DNA from: Eledone cirrhosa
Taxonomy: Eukaryota
Direction of reading: 5' to 3'
NCBI GenBank assembly: GCA_964016885.1
Contig: OZ024740.1
Span: 207,390,001-207,454,000 of the forward strand
DNA length: 64,000 bases
Positions 1-14,550 of the stretch are shown here, in pieces; the stretch's first letter is position 1, and every line of letters starts with the position of its first letter. Made by a program: the position numbers and the translations under genes. Below the pieces are notes generated by a model. That model saw only the letters and a program-made list of their open reading frames with translations, made no database searches and was not told the origin of the DNA.

Positions 1-490
1 GGTCTTGAATAACGCCCCCACCCACCCACTTATTCATTTTTCAGATTTTCTCCACCCACCCCATCCTCCGCTTATTAAATTTTGCTAATCTATCTCCGCC
101 GTAATTTTATTTTAAGTGGTAGCATTCCTGCGACAATTACCTTTCTTTACACATTAAAAAGCATTATACATAACAAAAAAAGTACATTACTCAAAATCCC
201 ATACGTTATAAAATAAATACGATGGGTTGAGGTCGCAATATGTAAACTAAACGACAAATTCGGGTTTTAAAAAAAAAATCAACGGAAACAACCTAGAAAA
301 ATTACCGATTTTCCACCACTGCTTATTCTAAAATAAATACGATGGGTTGAGGTCGCAATATGTAAACTAAACGACTAATTCTGGTTTAAAAAAAAAAAAA
401 AAATCAACGGAAACAACCTAGAAAAATTACCGATTTTCCACCACTGTTTATTCTAGCCCCCCCCCCCCCATTATTTGGGACCCGAGAGTA
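1..490. mobile_element. MITE-like DNA transposon remnant (TA-ended), left end cut by the window edge
   Basis: The right end TTATTTGGGACCCGAGAGTA (471-490) is an imperfect reverse complement of the window start GGTCTTGAATAA; no ORF. Confidence 0.45.
209..456. repeat. Tandem duplication of about 120 bp
   Basis: AAATAAATACGATGGGTTGAGGTCGCAATATG occurs at 211 and again at 331, with near-identical continuation. Confidence 0.9.
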
Positions 491-1155
491 GAGTTTAAAG
501 AATCCGGAGAGGATAATGTGGTTAGGCGGCTAGTGTCTCACAGAGGTTTATCTAAAGAGGATCTGTTGATGCTATTAGAAGAGCAAACCGAGAACACAGT
601 TAACAGTACAGAAATATCACCAACTCTCCTTAAATTGGCTGCAATGAATATTTCTAAAGGGATGCAGTTTTTACCGATAACGGTCCCAATCGTAAAACTA
701 ACATAAAAATTACATGAGGGGTTTACATTGAGCTGTACAAAGAGATGATACGTCATAAAATTCAAACAACTTTGGCAAAGTTATTCACACCCAAGCAGAT
801 GTTGATGATAGAAGAGTGTCCCTCATCCACCCAGTAGCTCACTCTAACTCCCCTTATACAGTAATCAACAACTTTTTTTAGTAAGGACGCACCTTATTGC
901 GATTCTTATTTCTCTTCAAATATGTTTATGTATACATTGTACAGTGTGTGTTTAAAGATTATTTACATGGCATTAAAAGTGGTTTTATTACTTGTTTCGT
1001 AAGGTGAGACACTCATCTATTTCAATTACTTCACTTCTATGTTGGTTCACTTCACAGGTTAGTTGACAGAGTGAGGTAAAGTTGAGAGGGGCAGAGGTAG
1101 TCTAAAAGAAAAAGGTACATCTAGTTGAGGAGAGAAAAAAATGGATAGTTCGTGT

Positions 1156-4100
1156 GTTGTAATTGGCATCTGTACACTGTAGCTGTAACTGGCATCTGTA
1201 CACTGTAGCTGTAACTGGCATCTGTACACTGTAGCTGTAACTGGCATCTGTACACTGTAGCTGTAACTGGCATCTGTACACTGTAGCTGTAACTGGCATC
1301 TGTACACTGTAGCTGTAACTGGCATCTGTACACTGTAGCTGTAACTGGCATCTGTACACTGTAGCTGTAACTGGCATCTGTACACTGTAGCTGTAACTGG
1401 CATCTGTACACTGTAGCTGTAACTGGCATCTGTACACTGTAGCTGTAACTGGCATCTGTACACTGTAGCTGTAACTGGCATCTGTACACTGTAGCTGTAA
1501 CTGGCATCTGTACACTGTAGCTGTAACTGGCATCTGTACACTGTAGCTGTAACTGGCATCTGTACACTGTAGCTGTAACTGGCATCTGTACACTGTAGCT
1601 GTAACTGGCATCTGTACACTGTAGCTGTAACTGGCATCTGTACACTGTAGCTGTAACTGGCATCTGTACACTGTAGCTGTAACTGGCATCTGTACACTGT
1701 AGCTGTAACTGGCATCTGTACACTGTAGCTGTAACTGGCATCTGTACACTGTAGCTGTAACTGGCATCTGTACACTGTAGCTGTAACTGGCATCTGTACA
1801 CTGTAGCTGTAACTGGCATCTGTACACTGTAGCTGTAACTGGCATCTGTACACTGTAGTTGTAATTGGCATCTGTACACTGTAGCTGTAACTGGCATCTG
1901 TACACTGTAGCTGTAACTGGCATCTGTACACTGTAGTTGTAATTGGCATCTGTACACTGTAGCTGTAACTGGCATCTGTACACTGTAGTTGTAACTGGCA
2001 TCTGTACACTGTAGCTGTAACTGGCATCTGTACACTGTAGCTGTAACTGGCATCTGTACACTGTAGCTGTAACTGGCATCTGTACACTGTAGCTGTAACT
2101 GGCATCTGTACACTGTAGTTGTAATTGGCATCTGTACACTGTAGCTGTAACTGGCATCTGTACACTGTAGCTGTAACTGGCATCTGTACACTGTAGTTGT
2201 AATTGGCATCTGTACACTGTAGCTGTAACTGGCATCTGTACACTGTAGCTGTAACTGGCATCTGTACACTGTAGTTGTAATTGGCATCTGTACACTGTAG
2301 CTGTAACTGGCATCTGTACACTGTAGCTGTAACTGGCATCTGTACACTGTAGCTGTAACTGGCATCTGTACACTGTAGTTGTAATTGGCATCTGTACACT
2401 GTAGCTGTAACTGGCATCTGTACACTGTAGCTGTAACTGGCATCTGTACACTGTAGCTGTAACTGGCATCTGTACACTGTAGTTGTAATTGGCATCTGTA
2501 CACTGTAGCTGTAACTGGCATCTGTACACTGTAGCTGTAACTGGCATCTGTACACTGTAGCTGTAACTGGCATCTGTACACTGTAGCTGTAATTGGCATC
2601 TGTACACTGTAGCTGTAACTGGCATCTGTACACTGTAGCTGTAACTGGCATCTATAAACTGTAGCTGTAACTGGCATCTGTACACTGTAGCTGTAACTGG
2701 CATCTGTACACTGTAGCTGTAACTGGCATCTGTACACTGTAGCTGTAACTGGCATCTGTACACTTTAGCTGTAACTGGCATCTGTACACTGTAGCTGTAA
2801 CTGGCATCTATAAACTGTAGCTGTAACTGGCATCTGTACACTGTAGCTGTAACTGGCATCTGTACACTGTAGCTGTAACTGGCATCTGTACACTGTAGCT
2901 GTAACTGGCATCTGTACACTGTAGCTGTAACTGGCATCTGTACACTGTAGCTGTAACTGGCATCTGTACACTGTAGCTGTAACTGGCATCTGTACACTGT
3001 AGCTGTAACTGGCATCTGTACACTGTAGCTGTAACTGGCATCTGTACACTGTAGCTGTAACTGGCATCTGTACACTGTAGCTGTAACTGGCATCTGTACA
3101 CTGTAGCTGTAACTGGCATCTGTACACTGTAGCTGTAACTGGCATCTGTACACTGTAGCTGTAACTGGCATCTGTACACTGTAGCTGTAACTGGCATCTG
3201 TACACTGTAGCTGTAACTGGCATCTGTACACTGTAGCTGTAACTGGCATCTGTACACTGTAGCTGTAACTGGCATCTGTACACTGTAGCTGTAACTGGCA
3301 TCTGTACACTGTAGCTGTAACTGGCATCTGTACACTGTAGCTGTAACTGGCATCTGTACACTGTAGCTGTAACTGGCATCTGTACACTGTAGCTGTAACT
3401 GGCATCTGTACACTGTAGCTGTAACTGGCATCTGTACACTGTAGCTGTAACTGGCATCTGTACACTGTAGCTGTAACTGGCATCTGTACACTGTAGCTGT
3501 AACTGGCATCTGTACACTGTAGCTGTAACTGGCATCTATAAACTGTAGCTGTAACTGGCATCTGTACACTGTAGCTGTAACTGGCATCTGTACACTGTAG
3601 CTGTAACTGGCATCTGTACACTGTAGCTGTAACTGGCATCTATAAACTGTAGCTGTAACTGGCATCTGTACACTGTAGCTGTAACTGGCATCTGTACACT
3701 GTAGCTGTAACTGGCATCTGTACACTGTAGCTGTAACTGGCATCTGTACACTGTAGCTGTAACTGGCATCTATAAACTGTAGCTGTAACTGGCATCTGTA
3801 CACTGTAGCTGTAACTGGCATCTGTACACTGTAGCTGTAACTGGCATCTGTACACTGTAGCTGTAACTGGCATCTATAAACTGTAGCTGTAACTGGCATC
3901 TGTACACTGTAGCTGTAACTGGCATCTGTACACTGTAGCTGTAACTGGCATCTGTACACTGTAGCTGTAACTGGCATCTGTACACTGTAGCTGTAACTGG
4001 CATCTATAAACTGTAGCTGTAACTGGCATCTGTACACTGTAGCTGTAACTGGCATCTGTACACTGTAGCTGTAACTGGCATCTGTACACTGTAGCTGTAA

Positions 4101-7100
4101 CTGGCATCTGTACACTGTAGCTGTAACTGGCATCTGTACACTGTAGCTGTAACTGGCATCTATAAACTGTAGCTGTAACTGGCATCTGTACACTGTAGCT
4201 GTAACTGGCATCTGTACACTGTAGCTGTAACTGGCATCTGTACACTGTAGCTGTAACTGGCATCTGTACACTGTAGCTGTAACTGGCATCTATAAACTGT
4301 AGCTGTAACTGGCATCTGTACACTGTAGCTGTAACTGGCATCTGTACACTGTAGCTGTAACTGGCATCTGTACACTGTAGCTGTAACTGGCATCTGTACA
4401 CTGTAGCTGTAACTGGCATCTGTACACTGTAGCTGTAACTGGCATCTATAAACTGTAGCTGTAACTGGCATCTGTACACTGTAGCTGTAACTGGCATCTG
4501 TACACTGTAGCTGTAACTGGCATCTGTACACTGTAGCTGTAACTGGCATCTGTACACTGTAGCTGTAACTGGCATCTGTACACTGTAGCTGTAACTGGCA
4601 TCTGTACACTGTAGCTGTAACTGGCATCTGTACACTGTAGCTGTAACTGGCATCTGTACACTGTAGCTGTAACTGGCATCTGTACACTGTAGCTGTAACT
4701 GGCATCTGTACACTGTAGCTGTAACTGGCATCTGTACACTTTAGCTGTAATTGGCATCTGTACACTGTAGCTGTAACTGGCATCTATAAACTGTAGCTGT
4801 AACTGGCATCTGTACACTGTAGCTGTAACTGGCATCTGTACACTTTAGCTGTAACTGGCATCTGTACACTGTAGCTGTAACTGGCATCTGTACACTGTAG
4901 CTGTAACTGGCATCTGTACACTGTAGCTGTAACTGGCATCTGTACACTTTAGCTGTAATTGGCATCTGTACACTTTAGCTGTAACTGGCATCTGTACACT
5001 TTAGCTGTAATTGGCATCTGTACACTGTAGCTGTAACTGGCATCTGTACACTGTAGCTGTAACTGGCATCTGTACACTGTAGCTGTAACTGGCATCTGTA
5101 CACTGTAGCTGTAACTGGCATCTATAAACTGTAGCTGTAACTGGCATCTGTACACTTTAGCTGTAACTGGCATCTGTACACTTTAGCTGTAATTGGCATC
5201 TGTACACTGTAGCTGTAACTGGCATCTGTACACTGTAGCTGTAACTGGCATCTATAAACTGTAGCTGTAACTGGCATCTGTACACTTTAGCTGTAACTGG
5301 CATCTGTACACTTTAGCTGTAATTGGCATCTGTACACTGTAGCTGTAACTGGCATCTGTACACTGTAGCTGTAACTGGCATCTGTACACTGTAGCTGTAA
5401 CTGGCATCTGTACACTTTAGCTGTAACTGGCATCTGTACACTTTAGCTGTAATTGGCATCTGTACACTGTAGCTGTAACTGGCATCTGTACACTGTAGCT
5501 GTAACTGGCATCTGTACACTGTAGCTGTAACTGGCATCTATAAACTGTAGCTGTAACTGGCATCTGTACACTGTAGCTGTAACTGGCATCTGTACACTGT
5601 AGCTGTAACTGGCATCTGTACACTTTAGCTGTAACTGGCATCTGTACACTGTAGCTGTAACTGGCATCTGTACACTTTAGCTGTAACTGGCATCTATAAA
5701 CTGTAGCTGTAACTGGCATCTGTACACTGTAGCTGTAACTGGCATCTGTACACTTTAGCTGTAACTGGCATCTGTACACTTTAGCTGTAACTGGCATCTA
5801 TAAACTGTAGCTGTAACTGGCATCTGTACACTGTAGCTGTAACTGGCATCTGTACACTGTAGCTGTAACTGGCATCTGTACACTTTAGCTGTAACTGGCA
5901 TCTGTACACTGTAGCTGTAACTGGCATCTGTACACTGTAGCTGTAACTGGCATCTGTACACTTTAGCTGTAACTGGCATCTGTACACTGTAGCTGTAACT
6001 GGCATCTGTACACTTTAGCTGTAACTGGTATCTGTACACTGTAGCTGTAACTGGCATCTGTACACTGTAGCTGTAACTGGCATATGTACACTGTAGCTGT
6101 AACTGGCATCTGTACACTTTAGCTGTAACTGGCATCTGTACACTTTAGCTGTAACTGGCATCTATAAACTGTAGCTGTAACTGGCATCTGTACACTTTAG
6201 CTGTAACTGGCATCTGTACACTGTAGCTGTAACTGGCATCTGTACACTGTAGCTGTAACTGGCATCTGTACACTGTAGCTGTAACTGGCATCTATAAACT
6301 GTAGCTGTAACTGGCATCTGTACACTTTAGCTGTAACTGGCATCTGTACACTTTAGCTGTAACTGGCATCTGTACACTGTAGCTGTAACTGGCATCTGTA
6401 CACTGTAGCTGTAACTGGCATCTATAAACTGTAGCTGTAACTGGCATCTGTACACTTTAGCTGTAACTGGCATCTGTACACTGCAGCTGTAACTGGCATC
6501 TATAAACTGTAGCTGTAACTGGCATCTGTACACTGTAGCTGTAACTGGCATCTGTACACTTTAGCTGTAACTGGCATCTGTACACTTTAGCTGTAACTGG
6601 CATCTGTACACTGTAGCTGTAACTGGCATCTGTACACTGTAGCTGTAACTGGCATCTGTACACTTTAGCTGTAACTGGCATCTGTACACTGTAGCTGTAA
6701 CTGGCATCTGTACACTTTAGCTGTAACTGGTATCTGTACACTGTAGCTGTAACTGGCATCTGTACACTGTAGCTGTAACTGGCATATGTACACTGTAGCT
6801 GTAACTGGCATCTGTACACTTTAGCTGTAACTGGCATCTGTACACTTTAGCTGTAACTGGCATCTATAAACTGTAGCTGTAACTGGCATCTGTACACTTT
6901 AGCAGTAACTGGCATCTGTACACTGTAGCTGTAACTGGCATCTGTACACTGTAGCTGTAACTGGCATCTATAAACTGTAGCTGTAACTGGCATCTGTACA
7001 CTTTAGCTGTAACTGGCATCTGTACACTGCAGCTGTAACTGGCATCTGTACACTGCAGCTGTAACTGGCATCTGTACACTGCAGCTGTAACTGGCATCTG

Positions 7101-7487
7101 TACACTGTAGCTGTAACTGGTATCTGTACACTGTAGCTGTAACTGGTATCTATACACTGCAGCTGTAACTGGCATCTGTACACTGCAGTTGTAACTGGCA
7201 TCTGTACACTGCAGCTGTAACTGGCATCTGTAGACTGTAGCTGTAACTGACATCTATACACTGCAGCTGTAACTGGCATCTGTACACTACAGTTGTAACT
7301 GGCGTCTGTACACTGTAGCTGTAACTGGCATCTGTACACTACAGTTGTAACTGGCGTCTGTACACTGCAATTGTAACTGGCATCTGTACACTGCAGTTGT
7401 AACTGACATCTATACACTGCAGCTGTAACTGGCATCTGTACACTGCAGTTGTAACTGGCATCTATACACTTTACCTGTAACTGGCAT
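1156..7487. repeat. 26-bp satellite array, about 243 copies (CTGTAGCTGTAACTGGCATCTGTACA)
   Basis: Directly visible periodicity. It generates all the MPVTATVYRC... pseudo-ORFs on the minus strand. Confidence 0.99.
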
Positions 7488-7790
7488 AATGGTTAAACAG
7501 TTGAGTTCGCAATCATATGGTTGTGGGTTCGAATTCAAGGCATGGCATCTAGTGCAAGTGTTATTTACTACAGCCTCGGATCGACCCAAGAGTGAAGTTG
7601 GGTAGATAAAAATTGTTTTGGAAGCTCGTCGGATGAACTGTTCCAGTAATTTAAATGGCCACTGTGTCACATTGTCAAGCTGAATCTCCACAAGAAGTAC
7701 ATTAAGGGTACACGTATCTGTGGTATGTTAATTTCACGAGTAGGCTATTTCGTTGGCCAAACAACTGGAACACTCATTGTCGAAACAACC
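7482..7790 (+). mobile_element. tRNA-derived SINE (family A), diverged
   Basis: A-box-like TGGCATAATGGTTA and B-box-like GGGTTCGAATTC; the body resembles the copy at 11765-12012. Confidence 0.7.
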
Positions 7791-8235
7791 GTACAGAAGT
7801 CCATTTCATTCCACACTCAGAAGGAATGAAAGGTTTACCTGTTCTTTAATCTGGTCATCATCGTATACTTGTAAAGGTGTTTGTCCAGTGTTTAGGGTGT
7901 TGGCATCATGTCCATAAGGTAGTGGATTACCTGACCAGGTGACACATTGAGTCATGTTGCTACAATTTATTCAGCTAAAAATGTGTACCAGGATCAGCTG
8001 GGATATATCCCTGCGATGGGCTGGTGTCTCTCCAGGGAGTCAAGCTTCGAAAAATGAACGTTGAACGAGAATTGATAGCGTATATTTGACCTTAGACTTT
8101 TAATGAAGTAGATTAAATATATCTTCGTCTACACAACAGCTAAAGTTCAATCTCATAGATTTCTTGGGTGTTTTAATGATAGGGGTCACAATCCTTTTAC
8201 GACCATATGACGCTGAAAACACCTCTCTCTCTCTC

Positions 8236-8275
<40 letters not shown>

Positions 8276-8278
8276 TAC

Positions 8279-8373
8279 TGTCCCAAAAATGTATACACAC
8301 TTCAACGGCATTCTAATAAATATTGCCTGTACAAGTAATCAAAGTGTGTATACATTTTTTGGGACACCCTGTA
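8279..8373. mobile_element. Tiny Tc1/mariner-type MITE (hairpin of about 95 bp)
   Basis: TGTCCCAAAAATGTATACACACTT pairs with AAGTGTGTATACATTTTTTGGGACA; right end CACCCTG followed by TA. Confidence 0.7.
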
Positions 8374-9196
8374 TATATGTGTGTGCGTGAGTGTGGTGTG
8401 TGTGAGTGTGTTTTCACACCCATACATAAACACACAAGATTAATTAACCACCCCATTCTCATTAGTTGTTTTACTGTCAGCGACTGCAAAGAAGCATAAT
8501 AGTAAGTTCTGTGTTTTAATATTCGTTGGTTTCATTCTTATAATCTCTCTCTTCGTTAAATTACAACGTAAAACAAATATTAATGGTGAATGAGAAACGT
8601 GTACTGAGCGCTCCAAGCACTTGTGTGTATTACTTAATAAGGAGACCTAAATATAAATCTAATCTCCCCACAACCAGTCTTGTTCTACCTCTGTAAATAA
8701 TGGAGAAAAAAGATATTCAACATGACTAGACTTACTTGAACATCAGGTAGGACAAGTGTAATAAGGTAAATATTTAGAGTGATTTACCATTAAAATAACA
8801 AAAACATATTTCATAAGAATCGGACTGAAATGGAACAGCATAGCACACAAACGTACATACAATGGGCAAACGATGGAGTTTTTATGTGGGGGACCGACTT
8901 GCTATAGATAGCAACCAAATAACCCTCAAATTACATCCTCATGACATGAAATCTCATGGATAATATACTAAAAAATTGTTTTCAAAATAGACGTGATGGT
9001 CACGGCTTGAACAACTTTGGTAGATCAAAACTGAGGCTAAATAACACCAAAATACACATACGGGGTAGCAAATAGGTACCTAACAAATAAACATTTAACG
9101 TCAGCAGTCCGCCTGAGAAGGAGCCCCGCGAGGTGGGGTGGTTGTTGCAGAGGGTGTCGCTGGCCATTTTCCGCGGAAATGTTTTTGCGGTCTTCG

Positions 9197-9338
9197 CCGC
9201 GCCCTAGGTCCAAAGCCCATCACCCTCCCCACTCCATTTCTTGTAGCCCTACAGTCCTTGCTTTTCACCTCCTTTTCCTCTCATTTATAGCTTTCATAGT
9301 CCTTTCCTCTACAACCAAATCAGCCCTTCCTTATCCCT
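9197..9338. repeat. Unclassified interspersed repeat, second copy inverted at about 43152-43303
   Basis: The reverse complement (TAAGGAAGGGCTGATTTGGTTGTAGAGGAAAGGACTATG...) matches TAAGGAAGGGCAGATCTGGCTGTAGAGGAAAGGACTATG at 43156. Confidence 0.7.
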
Positions 9339-10134
9339 TTCTTTCTCATATTTATTTATCTTTAGAAAATAAAATTCTTTTAAACATCAATAATAATAGT
9401 TTCTTTCATCCATGTTGTGGGTACATTGACACAAGGTAGCCCTTGGGTGTCTTTTTCCCTCGACCATATTTCCAAAATGTCTATTCCTATAATTCTGAAC
9501 ACGAAGAAACATTTTATTTTCTAAATTCAACGCCAATAAATGTTTTAATATTGAAAGGGACATAACATTTTGTCAGCTTAATCAGGGTTGATTCTAGGGT
9601 GAAAACACATTTACTGTTGCAGTACCTTATTATAGGGGAAGAAGGGTATAACCCTACAACTTTCGTCGAAAGGTCTTTCACTCCTTTTCTATTGCATTCC
9701 TTTTAAGATTCTAGTTCAGGCTGTTACGACACTAAACCCTTCAATCAAGTTAGTTATAAAGCCTAAAATCTTCAAAAAGGTAACAACAACGACTAAGAAA
9801 TATAAAAGTATTCAAAAAGGTAAAAAAAAAAAAAAAAAAGTTGCGTCGCAACTTCACGCTTCGCCGAGAACTTAACCGCCTCCCCACCACACAAACTTTA
9901 TAGCAAACTTTAATATACTTTCTCTACCCCACCCCCACCTATATATTTCCTGAGATACCCAAGAGGCGGGAAAAGTTAGTTTTAACTTGTTGAAAAGAAG
10001 GAAATGACGTCATATCGTTTAGTGTAATCACAGTTTAGTGGAATGTTAAGATGACAACATGTTAAGGTTTATCTGCAGATCTGATCTGACTGATAATATT
10101 AATATAGGTATCTTATCTCACACTACAGCTCGAG

Positions 10135-10192
<58 letters not shown>

Positions 10193-10347
10193 CATGCATA
10201 CATACACACGCACGTGTGTGTAAAAGATTTTAAGGAAGTTATTATTCGACACAGCGAATTAGAGTATGTTTTGGCAGACGACCAAATGTATAGTAAACGT
10301 CAGAAACAAGAATAAAATAAAATTAAAATAAAGTACTTATATATGTA

Positions 10348-10419
<72 letters not shown>

Positions 10420-10569
10420 ATGCTTGCTTTCCAAGTTGGCATGGTTTAGACGGGTCGTCACGGTCTCAGTAAGTTTTAAATCAGTGTTACTACTTGCCCT
10501 AGACATGTCGGAGGCTTACGTCTCGTATATAAGTTCTATTTTCTACGGTTGGATGGGTTTCTTAATAAC

Positions 10570-10749
10570 CGTTTCTACTTTTGGCACAAGGCCAGCAATT
10601 ATCACAGTGTATTACTGGTACTTTATTTAATCGACCCCGCAAGGATGAATGGCAAAGTTAACCTCAGCGGGATTTGAACTCAGAATGGCAAGGGCCGTAA
10701 CTCTATGCTTGGCGTCCGACCCTCTACCGATACTGCCAATCCACTGCCC
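10570..10749 (-). mobile_element. tRNA-derived SINE (family B), full length with 16-bp TSD
   Basis: Minus strand has TGGCAGTATCGGTAGAG (A box) and GAGTTCAAATCCC (B box). TSD TGGGTTTCTTAATAAC at 10554-10569 and 10750-10765. Confidence 0.9.
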
Positions 10750-11764
10750 TGGGTTTCTTAATAACATCCACTTAACAGGAATGTAGTGGGTATATTTTAT
10801 TGTGCCACCAGCTCTAGTGTGGTTGTCATGTTCTCGGCAGGGCTAGAAGTCCTCTCTATCCAACACCGTCTCCTCTTATTCATCTACTATTTTACTGAGT
10901 GAACTGCGTACATTTTATTGTGGCACCAACACTAAACATGTCTTGTATCTCACAGGGCAAGTTGCAAAATGAAGTAACTAAAGTCCTGAAATGTTATTGC
11001 TGTTATCTGGCTGAATGAACCAAGGTGTGTGGAATTAACAGTCTTGTTTGACTGTAGAAAGGCAAAACGACCTCGAAAGACGAAGTTGACCTCGCAAGGA
11101 GTTGAACTCAGAAAACGTAGAAAGCCGCAAGGAATATTGCAAAGCTTTCCATCATTTTTAATGACTCTGCCAATTCGCTGTCTCATACGTTTAAGGGAGA
11201 ATAAATAAAAAAACTAAGGATAGCAACATGGAGTAGGGGGAAACGTACACACATACGTATTTCTTCTTTTTTCAACAGAAGAAGAGAAAGAACGATGTTA
11301 TTTATGTTTGTGTTATTAGTCTTTCTAGTTTACAAAAGAGAAATTCTCTGGCAAGTGAATGTGTATCCGTGGTTTCAGTAGAAATCATGTTTCCTTTACC
11401 TAACCACCCGAAAATAACTAACAGAACGAATTTGATACCCACAGTCGCCTCTTACCAGACACAAGCTGACTACTGTATACCCTACTATATATATATTATA
11501 CCAAACGGTCCTGGATATTTGATGTGTTGATGGCGGTCTATATATGTATGTATATATGTGTGTGTGTGTGATAGGAGATAAGGAACTCTTAGAAGATAAC
11601 AACTATCAGAGGCACCATTGTATTCTTGATTGAAGTTTCTCATAAACGGAGATAATACAGTGTTTTGTTTTTAATATATATATTTGATAGTAACAAATAG
11701 CGAGAGTGGGTGGGTCGCAACTAATGACCACACCTTTTATAATAATTGTCATAGACATATAGAC

Positions 11765-12012
11765 TCAGCATGACCAAATTGTTAAGAAGTCCGTTTCGCA
11801 ACCATTAAGTCCCGGGTTCGATTCCACTGCGTGGCATCTTAGTCAAGTGTCATTTACCATAGATTAGGGTCGACGCAAGCCCAGTGCGAGTGAAATTGTG
11901 TAGACAGAAACTGTTTAGAAGCCTGAAATTCAAAGAGCCAGCCTTGTTTCACACTATGCTACGTTGAATCTCCGTGAGAATTACGTTATAGGTACATGTT
12001 TGTGGAATGCTC
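11765..12012 (+). mobile_element. tRNA-derived SINE (family A)
   Basis: CCCGGGTTCGATTCCACTGCGTGGCATCTTAGTCAAGTGTC head; body shared with 7482-7790. Confidence 0.75.
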
Positions 12013-12499
12013 ATCGTCGAAATCGGCGGAGGTCCAGTTCATCATAGAAATGGCCCCGTGGCCAACATGTTCCTCTTCTCCCAGGTCTGAACACAGCCGA
12101 TTTCTTCCAGAGAATGAGAGAGAAAATGAGAAATAGATAATGCACGATGTAAGTGGTTACTATTTCTAGCAGACCACATAGAATCCTTCCCTTGTTTGTT
12201 CAATAATTCAATAAACCTAGTTGTTGTTTAGTCTCAGATCAGATCTCATCGAACAGGCTGACAATGCCTTTTTCTACATCAGAAATTATATTGTCGAATG
12301 GCAGTGCCCCAGCATGGCCTCACTAAAAGAGTATATCCTTTATTTAACCTGGTAGAGTATGATTTGAAAGTAATTTGGCTATGTCCAGCAAGTCAAACAT
12401 CCATGAAAAATTTCCTTTAAATCCAATCCAACACACATTGACGTCATATTACAAACATAATTATATATTACACACACACACAACTATATATCTCTCTCT

Positions 12500-12594
<95 letters not shown>

Positions 12595-14154
12595 GGGGTT
12601 GGGTGAGGCTCACAACATACAGTTTCATTGACAGACATCCTAGAGTCGCTACAGAACAAAGAATGAGAGAGAGAAAACTAGAAAGAGAGTGAGAATGGTT
12701 AAGTAAAATATATTACCAGTCGCCATATCTTTAGTCTTTGGAGAAGAGCCATCTTTAACTCCAACACACACATGCACAGAGACACACACCACACACATAC
12801 TGACAGGCGTGTGCAAATCAATAGTTACACTCCCGTTCACTGATCTGGAAACATCGATAGGAAATATTCTTCAAGACTGGGGAGTTTAACAAGCTGTATA
12901 ACTCAACTGTCAGAACAACAAACTAGCTACACCATCATCTTCATCATGATTATTACCATTTTCATAAGAAAGGTAGTGGGTGATTGAATCGGCAGAGCAT
13001 CGAATAAGTTACACACCATATACCACCGTTACAAGACAGTGATTACCCCACCAGTACCACCACTACCATCACAATCATCATCATCTTAACAGGGTAGTGA
13101 GTTTCAAGGAAAATACAATACAAACTGTAGAAGGCTGTAGAAGACTGCAGTGGAGAGCCGATGTTCCGCCATGAATCTAAAGAGGACATGATGATGATGA
13201 AGGTGGTGGCGGTGGTGATGATGAGACGGAAGAGAGACAGTACGTCCATATGTGAATAGTTGTGGTACGTTGGAGGTGAGTGAATGGTTACTAATCAGAG
13301 ATGGCTATTGTTTGAATGTGGTTTAGGATAACTGAATGTGTAGCGTAAAAGCAGTTCTGTTCCAAGTATGTGATCAGTAACTCTCATGTAGGTCAGATTT
13401 GAACCTTGTAGAGAGTCAGCTCAGATATTTATCAGGGTTGATATTTTTTCATCCTGTAGAAGAAACCAGGGATTTTCTGATGCAGTTTTGGCAATGTGTG
13501 TGGCGGAGAGAGGTCGTCTCAAGTAACCAGAGCTGTGTATGAAAGAGCATGCTTCTATTCTGAAATGGAATCAGTTAATTTTCTGAGAATTGGACACATT
13601 TATCTTAGAAAGCCATATAAGGAAATTTCACACAAAACATTTGGTCTTGGGTAGATATGGAAGAGAACCAGCCAGGCGTCAGCAACAGTGGCCATTGTTA
13701 AAACAATAGAAGAGACGGTGTCTGTGATCTACGGAATAGTATTCTATTGTCACAGTTGAACTTTGTAACGGCTTGATAGTTACTGGGGATGAAGTATTTT
13801 CTGGTTAAGATGATGAGCACCAAGCTGTAGTATGTGCCATGTAGTGGATATGAAGTCATGAGCTGTGAAATCATCAGTGCCCATATCTCTCTAGTCTTTA
13901 ATCAATACAAATCAGTGAGTACAAAGCCTAGCAGTAATAATAATTTGAGGAGTGGAGGTAGTTGTATATATGTATGGTCCCGTAACTCCGGGTGGAGTCG
14001 TAGGGGCGCCGTATTGGCATATGGCGTTTCTTGGGTATTTTTAAAACCTGGTGGAGCTCATAACCTCTCCAGGTCTGAACACAGAAGATTTCTTCCAGAG
14101 AAAGATAGAAAGTAGAAGAGAAGTGAGAAAGAGATATAGAGGAAGAATAGATCC

Positions 14155-14290
14155 CAGTACTTGAATGGTACTTTTTTATCGACCTCGAAATGAGGAAAGG
14201 CGAAGTTGACATCGGCTAGATTTGAACTCAGAGAGCAGAGAGCCGGAACGAATACCGCAAAGCATTCTATCCGATGTTATGTCAATTCGT
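14155..14290 (-). mobile_element. SINE family B-related, diverged
   Basis: GGTACTTTTTTATCGAC...AAAGGCGAAGTTGAC...GATTTGAACTCAGA; closest to the copy at 53915-54062. Confidence 0.75.
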
Positions 14291-14550
14291 TGGGTGTAGT
14301 TACATGTGATCTAAATCTAGAGAAGACAATATTGTCTCCTCTGTTGGTGAAATGTTAGAAGTGACATCAAACAAGACGTTAACACAGAGGAGAACGTGTG
14401 TAACGTAACTAAACCATATGGGCGGCTGAGAGGCAAAGAAAGCTCCTTCAGAAGCCCCGGCGATGGGGCCATCTGTCAAGAAATATTCGGTCCAAGAGAG
14501 GAAAGTAATTTTCGGTGGGTGTGCAGTACAGCACTAGAAAACACAATGTA

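Noticed and set aside
518-800. Short plus-strand ORF, possibly a pogo-like transposase C-terminal remnant
   Set aside because: No diagnostic motif or TIR pair to support a call.
1059-7435. Long minus-strand ORFs up to 845 aa (MPVTATVYRC...)
   Set aside because: A stop-free 26-bp unit read through all three frames; variants introduce stops at random.
7482-7545. tRNA gene
   Set aside because: A and B boxes continue into a SINE body, with no cloverleaf or terminator; the same applies to the other SINE heads.
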